DNA of 64,000 nt from Camelus dromedarius (GCF_036321535.1 NC_087436.1:88042001-88106000), one strand, 5' to 3'. Shown: positions 1 to 13,200, numbered from the stretch's first letter. The notes: generated by a model not told the origin, from the letters alone. Numbers and translations: made by a program.

Positions 1-883
1 CTTTTTTTTTTTTTTCTCTTATTTTGTTATCTGGGCTTCACCTTGGAGAGTTATTTCCATTTCTCCAAGTTTACTGATCTTTCTTACATAGAATCTAATT
101 TTCTCTTGGTCTCACCCATTCAATTTATTGTTTTAGATATTGCACATTTTATCTCTCAAAGTCCTCTTTGTGTCTATTTTTAGATCTTCTATTTTCTCAT
201 TGTGTTTATTTTTCCTTTAAGTCTTTAAGCTGTTTGTTATGGCTTTTTAAAAAGTCCATATGCAAACTTTATCATTTCTATTGACTGATTTTATGGGCCT
301 CATTTTTTTTTATCTCTTGACACATTATTTTCTACTTCTTGACAGATAATTTGGACATTGTAAATGTGACATTGTTGAGAGCTGGATTTTGTAACATTCT
401 TTTAAAGAGTATTGTTCTTTGTCTGGAAGGCAGTTACTTGCAGGTAGCTCAATACTTTTAGGCTTGTTTTGGATCTGTTGAAGCTATGTTAAGGAGGGTT
501 TAAAGTATCCATTAGCCCCATTAGTAAGGCCATGACCCTTCTGGAGTATCTACAGAATGCCCTGGGTTTCTCAGCTTTTCTTTGTTTTTGATGACATTGA
601 TAATGTTGAAGAGTATTAGTTAGGTGTTTTGTAGACTGTTCAATTCAGGTTTATTTGATGTTTTTTCATGGTTAGACTAGGATTATGGGTTTTGGGGGGG
701 AAGAACATGAGGTAAAGTGCCATCTCCATCATATCATATCAAGAATGTGTACTCTTGACTTTATCACTGATGATTGAACCCTTTGGAAGGAAGTCACTAA
801 GTATAGCCCACACTTTTAAGGGTTGGGGAGTAATTCTCCTTGAGGGTGACATATCTATATAAATTATTTGGAATTTATGAACA

Positions 884-1401
884 TGCGTTAGAGGTCCCCA
901 AGACCATCTCAGATTTAATGACCTGCTGGAAGGACTCAGAACACAGAATATAGTTGTACTCACAGCTATGATTTATTATACCATAAGGATACTAAGCAAA
1001 GTCAGCAAAATGAAAAGGTACATGGGCTGAAATCCAGGGGACCCAGGCACAGGCTTCTAGAGAATCTCCCAGTAGCATCGTAGAGTTGGCAACTGATTCC
1101 CTAGAATTGAGCTGCAACACCACAGGTGGACTTCCCAATCAGGAAAACTCTGCCCAGGACTTTTATTGGAGCTGATTACATGGCACATACCCAATTTTAG
1201 ACTCCCTGAAGGAAGAAGTTGTTCAGCATAAACTATATTGTTTGTATCAATAATTTAGGCATAATGAGCCAGTCTTATCAGTTCTGGGAATGGTGGGCCC
1301 GTCTTAAAATTTAAGTTCTTTGATGCTAGCCAAGGGCCAATTTTGTAAGCAGGCCTTTCAGAGAATATCAGTCAAGCCTGTTAGGTTAACTCTTCTGTAC
1401 A
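884..1401 (-). mobile_element. Solo LTR, MER21-family, inserted in an old L1 fragment
   Basis: Reverse complement starts TGTACAGAAGAGTTAACCTAACAGGC...GAAAGGCCTGCTTACAAAATTGGCCCTTGGCTAGCATC, matching the recalled MER21 LTR 5' end. Degenerate L1M-like sequence flanks both sides. Confidence 0.75.
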
Positions 1402-4400
1402 ATGTGAGATTTGTCTTTTCTTCTTTATTTATTTCATCCTTTATTTATTTAAGTATAGACTCTTGGATATTTACTTTATACTTTGGGGTATATTCCAAAA
1501 CTATGTTGTTTATTTTGTTGCTGAAAGTGTTAGCTTTGTCTCTTGGCAGCTCTTTCAGTTGGCTCCCATATCTCTTTGACATACCCACATTATCCTGTTT
1601 TGAGCCCTTTCCTATTTTCTGGCCTTACAAGATGTTCCAGGCTCTAGCCCTAGAATTAGCCATTTCTCCCAAGGAGCTCTGCTTTCTTTTTGTTAATGAA
1701 GTTTTAAAATTTTTAAACAGATTCATTGTGGAAAATTTGGGAAATACAGAGAGACGAAAGTAGAAGTAAATGCACTAAAAAGTAAATATTAACTACTGAT
1801 ATAATTATAGATATTTACTGTTAATGTTTTGTTGTATTGTTTGATGAGGTTTCAAAGCAAAATATGAAGTGATCTTTACAGCCTTTTTTGTTTTTTCTTT
1901 TTTACATTTCATGTGTGATGCTAATTATCTAGTAGACCTTAGAGTATCTTTCCTTCCATAGCTAAAGCTGTCTTTTCTCTTTTCAATGAGGCTGAAATCT
2001 GTGGGGGCTCTAGAAGGCTCTAGGAGCCATAGGATATTTGACATTTTACATAGAATAACTTGCCAAGTTTCTATTCTTTCCATACTATGGTTGTTTTGTA
2101 TACCAGTTTAATTATCTCTGAGATATTTTAAAAGGTGTTAATATAAGAAATAATCCATATGTTTTCACTTTTCCTAAGAATGTTGGTAATTGAAGATGTC
2201 TATTTCCTTTTGGGTAGGTGGAACATTAAATTCTGTGGAATTGTATGATATTTTCAGTTAAATCCAAATTTCATTATTTATTGAGGAACATTTTGTTTGG
2301 ATTCTAAATCCAAATGGGAATATTTTTGTAGGATTTACTGAGAATTTTTCGTAGTACACGTTCTTTTGGTTTATTAGGAGGTACCTTTATCTACCTTCTG
2401 CTTAGAAATGTGAAGCAAGTAACCAATTCCATGAATCATTAAAATGCCAGTGAAAAGGGCATAGCATCAAATGGTTGATTAAAAGAAAGACACCTACTTT
2501 CTAATTTCCTTGGGAACAAAAGAACTGGCACAGTCATCTTTTGTACCCAGTGCTTTACAGTATCTGGCCCATGCCAAGGGGACCTCAGCAAAGGCTGATA
2601 ATATTGAAATTGTGAGTATCTTTTAAATGTTCTAAAGCTTATCATTTACAAAGCATTCTTTAATATCATAATCTAAAAGGCAGAGAGGAGTTGTTGAAGG
2701 AAATTATCCAAAATAGATTTTTCTGCTTTGCCAAGGATGTGCCATCGAGAAATGATTTCTGCGTCTATCTTTTTATGGTGATGAGACAAAAAAAATATGT
2801 ATGTATGATACACCTTGGAAAATCCTGAATTTATAGGAAGAATAAAATAGAGGACTGACATTTTGACTGGTCTTTTGTCAAGCTTGCAATAAGCTTTTGG
2901 CTGTGTGTGTGTTTCCGTGATTGATAGGTTGAGGATAGAAAATTCAGTTGAAGAATGATAGGAGTATTACTATTTGTATAATTTAAAAATTTGATTAGTA
3001 CTTGAGGAATTGAGAAAGCATATGGAATACATTGGGACTCTACCCTAGTCTTCTAAAAGGATTGTTGAGCGCATACATATTTCTACTGGTTAATACTTCA
3101 GCGATTTGGGTAATGAATGTTTGGGAAGGATTAGGAAGGAGATACTTAATCCATAATGTTTGCTGAAGTTGTGATTAACAGTTGGAATAATTAACACTAC
3201 TTATTTATTTTTCACACTTCAGAATAAAGCTCAGAACCCAGGGTCTGCCCACATGCGCCTGTTGAATTATTCTCCCTGTGAATGTCAAGTGCACATTTTC
3301 ACTCACCCTCTGTCTACAAAGAAGTCCTAGTGTAAAGTGGAACTTCCAAAATAAGCCCTGAAATTAATTTTTATGCATCTGTGTTTCAGAGAAACTGTTG
3401 ATTTGCTTTGGCTGTATATACATAGTAACAGATTGACTAGATATAATATATAATATAATATATATATAATATAACTTCAGGTTCTGATTTATTGTTTTAG
3501 ATCCATGTACACAAAACTTAAGCAGAAGAAAATCCTTTTTTTAAAGATTGTGAAAAAAATCACCTACTATTTAACCCCCACCCCCTAAAAAAGTTATCCT
3601 GCTCTGACATTCTGTATGACAGTTTTGCTTGTTTATACAGTTTTACTAAGAATGAACCCTGATTACTTTGGTGGGATATTATAGTCAAATAGTATTAAGT
3701 AGCTTTTAAGATTTCTGTGAGACTAATAGGCTTAGCAAAAATAAGGTAAGATATCTGTGTGTGTGTCTCCTAACTTGTCTGCTTTCTGACATGGTTCGGT
3801 TCTGAGTCTTGGCGTTTACTGATGTAGTTTGGGTCTAGATCAGCATAGTCCATGAATCTGTTAGCAGCTGTTTGATGAAAAGAGGATGGTATTGTCAAAT
3901 CACTTTGGGGAATACTTTAATTAAAAACAAAAATTAAACCAGTTTGTGTATAACCAAGAGCCTTTTGTTTGTTGACAGAAATTGTTGATGTACAAGAATG
4001 GGTATAGAAGACGTTGTTTTTGGACCATGGAATATCCTTTATTCAGGCAACCCCTTGAGGCAGTTTTATGCCATTGGAGCAGGGGAAAACTTGCTCTTGT
4101 CTGATCCTGAGATGTCACTGATCAAGAAGGTGTGCCCAAACAATAGTATTGTGGTACTGAAGTTCTGTGTGGTTAGCCTTTGTAGCTGTGGTTTGAATTT
4201 AGATTTTGGACCTGTTCAGGAGTGGGAATGGACCCAATCTTATTCTAAATTTCTTGGACTACTCTGAAGAAATACAAGCTTTAAATGACACTCTCATTTA
4301 AATACTCTCATTAAATACTGTTGCCACTGAATATGTCTTAATGAATATGATTATTTTTTCCCTTAGTCTATGATACTTGTGCATAGAAGGGTATTCTCCT

Positions 4401-4899
4401 AGCTTTTAATACAGTGCCTAGCCATTTAGCTATGAATAAATCTATTCCATTATGGCTTTGATCACTGATTTTACTTATTCTTTGTGGTATTTAAAGGATA
4501 CAATAATACAGATGAATCACTACAAATGTATTGCCACCTATGGAAAAACACATGCCCCACCACCACCCCGCCACTGACCTTCAGAGTCACAGTAAATTAA
4601 TTGTGAGGTCAAGACATTTTTCTTCTAGTATTAACAAAGTATTGTTTGTCAGGTTTGATTGTGGAATATTTCTACTCTTTTGAAGAGTAGTCAGCCTTGT
4701 AATAGTGTCAGTTTTCCATTTTAAAATAGCTTCTGTAGAAAATAAAGTTTTTAAAATGTGCATTTTATTTGACCAGAGGATTTCCCTCTATTCATGGATA
4801 TTCTAACTATAAGATTTTCAGGGGGATTATGTACTATATTAAGAATGGTAGACCCTATGTTTTAAAATAATCCCATTATTACAATGGAGTTCTCTCTTT

Positions 4900-5659
4900 T
4901 GAATAAGTTGCCTGCAGGAGAGGAAACTTTGTCCTGAGCTGAGCAGTTTTAGAGGGATGATCGCAGCTCAGCCACGGTGTTCATTACATCATCCTTTCAT
5001 GCCGATAGCCGGCGTTCTCTCCGGTGGGTTAAGTGAGGCAGTGGACTCTGCATCATCAAAGCGTGCTGAGAAAGTCACTGCTTGCTGCCTGCGTATGTGT
5101 AGGGGAGTGGAGAGAATTTACTACTCAAATCACTTAGAGAAAACTGATATTGGAGTAAGATAAATACCACCGATTTTGGGGGCAAGGAGGAAGGTCAGCT
5201 ATTACAGGAAGAGACTTAAAGATCTTATGTTAGATCTGAATTCATTTTTATCTCTAAGGCTCTCAGCTAGTGAGAAAAGTTGGTATCCAAGGGCAGAGCT
5301 CTACCCTTGCCTGTTTACCAGCAGTAGTGACTACCCTGAAAGCAGCTGGAGACACAGCTCATCCAAACTGATAACAGGGGCATAAACAGAGACGAGCATT
5401 GCGGCCACGTGTATATCCACAGAAAGAAAGGTGAGGGTGTCCTTCAGGGCACTCGCGATGAACTTGTAAGCTTTCATTCGACTGGATAGTTCATCTGCAT
5501 TCAGCAGCGTTTCCACTATAGTTGTGCGTCACTGCGAGACTGCATGGTAATGAAGCCGAGGCACTGTGGGCCAAAACTCCGCTGCCTGTGAGAGGAGAAG
5601 GGACAGCGGCTTGGAGAGAGAGAGATCAACACATCCGCTGCCGCTGCCGCTGCCGCCGC

Positions 5660-5699
<40 letters not shown>

Positions 5700-5741
5700 A
5701 CTGCTGCTACTGCTGCTGCTGCTGCAGCCAGTTGGGGCACA
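4900..5741 (+). promoter_or_regulatory. FRYL: Candidate alternative promoter / 5' leader of an upstream FRYL first exon
   Basis: Local CpG and GC enrichment against an AT-rich, CpG-poor background, with no recognisable transposon. Motifs: E-box CACGTG 5406-5411, CTCGCGA 5452-5458, TGCGTCA 5525-5531. Leads directly into ATG 5742 and the donor at 5815. The TSS is not determinable from sequence. Confidence 0.55.
5635..5724 (+). repeat. Interrupted trinucleotide repeat (CCG CTG)3 (CCG)3 (CTG)9 (CTA CTG CTG)2 CTA (CTG)5
   Basis: Read directly: 30 triplets, ending 17 nt upstream of ATG 5742. Confidence 0.97.
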
Positions 5742-5814
5742 ATGTTGAGTCTACAGGATTCTGTGTTTTTCGAAATTAGCATAAAGTCTTTGTTAAAGTC
5801 CTGGAGCAGCAGCT
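5742..5814 (+). CDS. FRYL: Upstream coding exon of a long FRYL isoform (MLSLQDSVFFEISIKSLLKSWSSS, phase 1)
   Basis: ATG with A at -3 (gcacaATG) and donor GCT|GTAAGT at 5815. 73 nt plus the 80 nt from 26291 give 153 nt with no stop, in frame with ATG 26371. The peptide resembles the recalled FRY N-terminus [22 protein letters not shown]. Confidence 0.85.
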
Positions 5815-7844
5815 GTAAGTATATTTGCCTTAACAGGAGAAATGCTGAGGTATGATCATTGCCATTCCTTGCATGCTAATAATTCCTTAGACCAATCCAA
5901 ATAGAATTAAAGCTGTTGAAAATAACATAAAGAATATTTTCTCAAACGATGATCAGCAAGATAGATGGAAAATCTAGACATGCACACTCTGGGCAATTGT
6001 AATATTGGTAGTTAAATGTTCTTTGAGCAGCTTTGGTTTTTCTTGTTAATTTGTGTTATTCTGGCAAAGTTTCTCTCCACTGGTCAAAAATGGGGGAACA
6101 AGATGACAAATCGACTCTGCTCTCTGTCTGCAGGGTTATCAGATACCAGTACTATTCCATGGTTCTGTTAGCACAAAATATTTGTTTGAAGCAACATCAG
6201 CTATCTTAAGGCATTAAACATAATACAATGATCGTACCTTTCCCTTAGTCCTGTAATTGAAGTTACATTGAGTAATTTTTATATGTAGTAAAATTTCTGA
6301 TAAAGAACATTCAGGGAGGTATATTTGTATTTCAAAGTTCAGGTAAGTCAATAAAACTAATGCCACTGAGCTCTTATTTTAACTCCTTTTCTCATAGTGA
6401 TTTTGTTCAGTCTTTCCAGTAATTTCCAATGACACTTTTCTCTGAAGATCTCAAAGCACTTCTGGAAATTATTTATCACTAAAGTCTGTTTTTCTTTTCT
6501 TTCTTTCTTTCTTTCTTCTTCTTCTTTTTTTTTTTTTGTAAAAATTATCTTAATAAAATGATACCAGACTAATGAAGTAAGCAAGCAAAGATTCTGCTAC
6601 GAAGTGTGTTTTACCCCAAGAAAATTGAAGTGTAGAAAAACTATGACTTTTCCAAGGTCATATGGTGGTAAAGAACTGGAATTAGAACCCAGTAGTTCTT
6701 ACTCCCAACGGTGCTGCCGGGGTCTGAGTGAACTAATGAATAAAATATGAGAGACTAAATTTATTTTTTTTCCAGTTAACTCTCTAACCAAAATATTTAG
6801 TGTAGTCTTGTTTTGTAATCAAATAATATAAAAGAGCAAGTGTTGATATGGGGGGACCTCTTAAGATAAAACCTTACAGGATATAATTTGAGGAGATTTG
6901 TATTGTGCCAAGTATACTGCATTTACAATCTCTGTATTTCTTTTATTTTTGATCTGTAAGTAATGCTTCCATATGGAGATATTGTTGTGCCAGATGGCAG
7001 AAAATTATCTTAGTATGAGGAAAGTTTCTGAGTGAATATACACAGTTAAAATATTGAGAGAATTACAATTACTGACTAATTTAAATTAAATACTTTTACT
7101 ACTTAAAAGGGTACTATAGAATACATTTTTACTAAAATAAACTAGACTCTGGTTTCTAATTATTTTTTCCCCTCTCTCTTTCCCTCTCCCTTCTTCCCTA
7201 TCCTCACCATGTACTTTTTTAAAAATAGTAAGACAGTTTTATAGTGAGAATGAAGCTATAAATGGGTTCTTATAGAGGAACAGTGTATTCGATTATATCA
7301 CAGCAGTTTGGCCTGTAAAAACCTAGTTTGCTTAGATACTTGGGAACTAGCTGGTGATTTTGTTTTGTGACCATTTCAGCAGTTCTACATGTCATTGCCT
7401 GAACCCTGTAACCAGCCACAGCCAAATCTCATGCAGTCATATTCCCTGAATCCAAGAGGGAACCAAAAACAGATGTTTGTAAAGCCTTTGTTGTTAGCTG
7501 TTAGTAATATAGTGATTCAGTTTGTCGGCATCCCATTGCCCTTGGGCATTCATAGTACAAATCTCTTGAAGGTGTTTTTACAGTTGTAAAGCAGTAGGGT
7601 AATATGGAAAAGAAATGACAAGTCTTAACTATTCAATAAGGCCCTAAACATGTCTGCCCTAGCTCTGGGAAGTGGGAGAATGTTTTTATTTCATCAGCAT
7701 CTGTGGATGTCTTTTTTTGGTCTTCCCTTAGCCCTATTGTATTTAAAAAGAGAGAGAGGACTAGAAGATTTTTAAGATGCTAGAAAAGGACAGTAGTTAT
7801 CTGACTCTTCCTAGGGATGTTTTCATAATACCAACACTTGAATC

Positions 7845-8120
7845 AGTCAGTGTTTATTGAGCATATACTGCTCTGTAACAAATAGATGTGATGTTTGATC
7901 ATAAGGAACTTCTAGTTTAATCAGAGAGAGTACATATACATGAAAAGTTCACAGAAAGGAAGTTAAATGAAGATGTTGCATATGCATTATGACTTACCAA
8001 ATACCTGTTATGCACGACAGGAACAAGGAGTGCAGGGTTGGAGGAATCATACTGACCCACAGGGGACAGAGAAGACTTAGCAGAAAGGGAGTTTACTGGA
8101 GTTTAGTTTTGAATGATAGG
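7845..8120 (-). mobile_element. L2 3' fragment
   Basis: tcagtcagtgtttattgagcatatactg... resembles the reverse-complemented L2 3' end. Confidence 0.5.
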
Positions 8121-8169
8121 ATGTTCTGCACAGTGGTAGGCAGTACAGCCATCCACGGTCTCCCTGAGC

Positions 8170-8800
8170 CATAAACCAGGGGTGAGTCAACACCCCTCCC
8201 TCACTCCTTTCAGTTATTCACCAAGACCTGTCATTCTACCTTCTAAAATGTCCTCAGTCTCTCCTGCCTTCTGTTGCTATAGCCACTTAACCTGCCTTAG
8301 TTCAGGCCTCTGTCTTCTTTATCACCTGGATTATTGCCCCAGCTTCCTTTTTGTTCTCTCTGCATGCTCCATGTTGCTGCCAAGGGTTCCTTTTAAATGT
8401 CTGCTCCTAGAGTCTCTCCCCTCCTTCCTCCACAGTCTTCCCACCCAACCCATGTCACAAAGCCTTCTGTCTTCTAGCCCTCCTCATTTCATTGGTCTCC
8501 TCTCTGGCTGTATTTACCCACTTCCTGGAGCACGCCGTGCCTTCATATTTGCAGCCACCTTTGCCTAGAATGCACTCCAGCACCTTACCACTTGGTCTGC
8601 GAGTTCTTATTCATGTTTGAAGACCGATCCTTTCTTAAGTCAGCCAGATAGTAAATGCTTCATCTGTTCTGCATTACACTTACCACGCTGTTCATGTCTT
8701 TCACTGCTACTTGAGTGTAAGCTCCTGGAGGACATAGATTGATTGTGGTTTTGTTCTTCTTTTTACACTGAATGCTTAGTTAACTTCTGGTAAATGTGTA
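8170..8800 (+). mobile_element. L2 3' fragment
   Basis: Pyrimidine-rich L2-like sequence (ttcaggcctc...tcacctggattattgcccc...gcctagaatgc...gtgtaagctcctggagg). Explains the spurious ORF 8182-8568. Confidence 0.55.
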
Positions 8801-10134
8801 GGCAACTAAAGAGAAATCTTAGAAAGTAATTTTGGTTGGACTGGATAATTAATAGGAAAGAAGGTAGGAGGATAAATATACAAACTCTCTTCTGTAATCA
8901 TTATTTTACTAGTGATGTCTCTCAGGGGAACAATTCCTCAAGTAGGAATGCATAATACAATACCGTAGTGATTAAAAAAATTAACATTTTAATATATTCT
9001 ATTTAGTGAATTTCTTGGGGAAAATGAGAAAAACTATTAATAGCCTTTAGAAAGAAAAAAAACATAGAAAATAATTTTTCCATTAAATAAATTATATATT
9101 TCAAATATTGCCCCATCCTCCCAAAGAAAAAAGGAAAAAGAAAAATCTGATTTTTGTCATTGAGCATAACTCAATAGCAGTCTATAATTCTTTATCATTA
9201 AGTATAATAGTTTCCTGTTTATAAGATGCATTTGCCATGATTTGTTTTAATGTTAAATACTACATTTTGTATTGTTAGAGGCCCTCTGATTTTGAGGCCT
9301 GCTTAGCTGGCAGAATGCTGATGCCATGCTGCTGAAGTTTGATTATAGTTGAGCTTATTTCTTTCAGTAACAACAATGAAGTGACATTCATATGGCCTAA
9401 ATTCAGGATTTTGTCTTTGTGCCAACAGTTTTAGGCATTATTTCTTTTAAAAACTGAATCAGGAACATTCTGTTAAATCAGCTGTGTAGTGAGGATGTTA
9501 TCATTTTAAAGATTGGTTTAGTTCCCTAAAATTGATAAGACAAGGTAATAAGATTCAGTACCGAGATCTGCCTAGTTACATATCTGCCACGTAAGGTCAC
9601 AGATGCATTTATGATCAATATACTACCTCTCGTAAATATATTAATTTCAGAATTTATTTTGCATACATTATTTTATGACAGCTAGTATTTCAAAGAATTC
9701 AGTTTTTATCATAGGCATAGAAGAAATAAATTGACTTATTTTAACTACAATTTTATAAAATAAAATGTGAATCAGATATGATGTGTTAAGAAACTAAATT
9801 TGCATAATTTACTTGGATTTTTGCACAGTGAAAAGAAATTCATAAAGAGAGTTTTTAATGCTCAGATGTTTTTCCTGGATTGCAAAAATAGTAAAAGCCA
9901 AACCCCAAAAGCACAATTATGCATTCATCTAAATTTCAGTTAAAATCTGTATTATTTGCTTAAAATAATACTTACCATTTAATGAAGTACTTATGGGTGT
10001 GGTATTGTGTTAAGTACGTATTGTAAATGTATATATATGTATATATGTATATATGTATACAATCACATATGTACATAGTTTTATTAAATCTCATATAATA
10101 CTGATAATCTGAAAAGAACTGTTACTATTGCTGT

Positions 10135-10520
10135 TTAAAAAAATAACAGCTTTAATGTGACATAATTCACACACCATAAAATTAGTTCTTTTAAAGTGTA
10201 TCATTCAGTAGTTTTTAGTGCATTCACAGAGTTGTACAACCATCACTACTTTCTAATTGTCAAACATTTTCATCACCTTAAAAGGAAACCTTATACCCAT
10301 AATCTAACTTCTTTTTCTATGGATTTGCCTCTTCTGGACATTTCATATAAATGGAATCATACTACAGGTGTTCTTTTGTGACTGTCTTCTTTCACTTACT
10401 GTATTTCCAGGGTTCATCCTTTTGTAGCATGTGTTGGTACTTCATTACTTTTTGTGGCTGAATGATACTCCGTTGTATGGATATACCACATTTGGTTTAT
10501 CCATTCATCAGTTGATAAAT
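10135..10520 (-). mobile_element. L1MB-like 3' end, apparently interrupting a MIR
   Basis: acagctttaatgtgacataattcacacaccataaaatt...cacagagttgtacaaccatcac...tataaatggaatcatac is a typical reverse L1M 3' UTR. Confidence 0.75.
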
Positions 10521-11899
10521 TGCCATTTTTATAGAAAAGTAAATTGGGGCTCAGATAAGTTAAAGTGCACTAAGAGTGCCCCCCCCAAAAAAAAACCCCA
10601 CATACCCATACACATACCCAAACTTATCTAACTTGTTTTAATCCTTCATATTTCAATTTAAAGATTTCCCTGATCTCGTGAGACTTTAGCAAAAGGTGGA
10701 GGAAGAAATAGTTAACAGTTTGAGGGAAGAGTGGGTAGGCAGAAAGGGTAGAATTTGCTAGAAATGGGAGAAAATATGGCCAGTTTGGCTGGAGCAGAGA
10801 GGTCTCGGGTGTGATGGGAATTAACTGGAAAGGTAGGCAGGGACTAGACCACATGGAATCTTGAGGACCTTATTATAGATTTTGGTCTTAAACCTAAAAC
10901 AAGAGGGTTGCCATTGATGGACTTTGTGACAGTGTTAGGGTGATTTTATTAGACTTCCATTTTTCATCAGATGGGGACAGAAAATTGGGTGGAAAGAGGG
11001 GTGCAGCATGTGTAGGGAGATGCGTTAGGATGCAGTAGACCAGATGTGAGATGAAGGTTGAACAAATGAACAAATGTTATTTCTTTATTTAGCAAACGTG
11101 TATATAGTGCCTAACACATGGGTGGGTGGGTACTCTTCTAAGTGCTTTACAAGATACTAACTCATTTAATCATGGATGTGGAACTATTTAAAAGGTAGGA
11201 ACAATATGTCTTGGGTTAGATATGGAAGGTAAAGGAGATTTTTAACTAAGCTTTTATAAAATGAACTTGGTAGGGTAATTTATGTTCTCATTGACATTAA
11301 CTTCAGTGATGTATCCATTGAGAGTTAATGTTGGTGCTAGTGGAGAAGAATCACCTATTGCTTATTGCCCAAATACTTCTCATCCCTCGCAGAAATCTGT
11401 CTTCTTTTAAAAATGAAGCCTAGAAAAGGAATCCAACTCATTTGCTGTTAAGGAAACAGTGTGAACTCTGTGATGGTCCCTGAATTTGGAGTTCCTAGCT
11501 ACAGATATCATTGAATTTAGGAATCATAAGCCTGCTTTCTTCAATTTTATTTTAAATATTCTAACTCTTTAAGCTAGGTTTATTTCATTTGACAAAGGAG
11601 AATTTTTATCTTCAAGACTAAACTTTTGTGTTGTGAGAAGTGCACCTGATTATCTGACTCATTAAGTATTTGGTTTCATGATTTGTTTTGAATCTTTTCA
11701 TTGGTAAATATTAGAATAAAAGATACATAGTCTAATAATTACATAGAAAATTTGAAATCAAGAAACTCTAACACAGATGGTCACAGTATTCATAGGTATC
11801 TGAGAGGATTTGTAAAGGTCAGTGTATTGTCTATGGTAAGTTTCAGGCCCACTATTCCATAAACCTTGATGTCACAACCTTTCTTCCTTTGTATCTTCT

Positions 11900-12350
11900 G
11901 TTGTAGTCACATGTAGACTCTATCTTATGTAAGGTCCTGGCTCCAATCCTATGCTACAGTCGGGAGTTAGTTTGGGAGAACCCTAGCTCACTAGTCTTTA
12001 CAACTCAGTGTCGGTCTAATCTCACTAAGTGAGTATGGGCCTGATTTTTTTTTCCATCAGTTCCAGTGTCTGGGCTGCTACCCATCCTTGTATCAAAGCC
12101 TCCACATTTAATAATTGGTGTATCTTCCTTCCTGAGCCTTGCCTTGTCAAACTCTTTGGTATTCCATTCTCTCCAAATACAGGACCCTGCTTTGCCCTCC
12201 AAGACAATGAAGTTCTCATCCAAAAATAAAAACAACAAGAATCAAGTTCTGCTAATAGAACCTTTTAATGATTAAACCCACCTCTCCAGGTGCATGGCTG
12301 CATATTTCTTGTTCTTAGACTTTGCATTATCCACCTGTTTGCTACCATAT
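11900..12350 (-). mobile_element. Possible degenerate ERVL/MaLR internal (gag-like) fragment
   Basis: Minus-strand peptides CIWREWN and LLNVEALIQGWVAAQTLE loosely resemble ERVL gag 'WEWILRV...FIDMGAL'. Weak match. Confidence 0.3.
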
Positions 12351-13200
12351 CAGATGTTCTTTCTTGGACCTCCCTGGTGCGTTTCACCTGTTATCAAACT
12401 TGAGATACCACATTCTGCCCCAGTGCTGATACTTAGCTATCATGCATCCTTATGGCTGTACTGGTATTTACAGCTAGAAGCTGTCCTGACTGTCCCTCTG
12501 AACTGATTGCTAAATATTTTAAATACGACATCTCATAGGTATCTGGCCTGTTACAGTGTTTAGATCCCAGATCATTTGGTTCTGGGCTGTTCCACTACTG
12601 GCCAATGTCTTAGACTTCTTTTCTGGAGGTAACCATGTTTTCACTCCTATTACCACATTGAAAAGACACAGTTTGCTAACCTTTTGCAGGATGGAATGGG
12701 CTGTGTTCTCTTGATTATTCCTCCTCCTAATCTGTTAATGCAGGATGTCACAGGACACTGCCTGTTCAGTGGAATTTCTGACAATTTTATTTTGTGTCTA
12801 CTAGCTGGTTTTTATTAAGCACGCTATTTCCCAGTTTTCAAAAAGTTTGCTAAAATGAGTGAAGTTTTAAGGGTTTTTACAAAAAGAGAACCCCCTTTCA
12901 ATGGAGAAGGCTATGGAAACCAAATTCCAAATTCTCAGACCCATTTCTACTAGAAGATAATGAATTTTAAATATGATGGTAGTTCACAGCAGAATATCAT
13001 CTGAATTGTTTTAAGAGCTATTTTTCTAGTTATATTTATTGAACCATGTGATACAGAAAGTAGTTAGCAAAGGCATTCATTAAAAATGAAGAATGAATTA
13101 ATATCCATTTACATGCAGTATAGTAGCAATGTAACATAATCAAATACAGATTACATTAGATGCATTAAATGGATCTTTTTTGTTTAAAATAAGTTTCACT

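Noticed and set aside
1320..1763. 147-aa ORF, the longest in the track
   Set aside because: TTG start, spans a MER21 LTR/L1 junction, low-complexity hydrophobic composition, no recognisable domain.
5522..5779. Poly-Cys (5522-5779) and poly-Leu (5566-5748) ORFs as independent genes
   Set aside because: TTG/GTG starts. They are products of the triplet repeat, which lacks stops in these frames.
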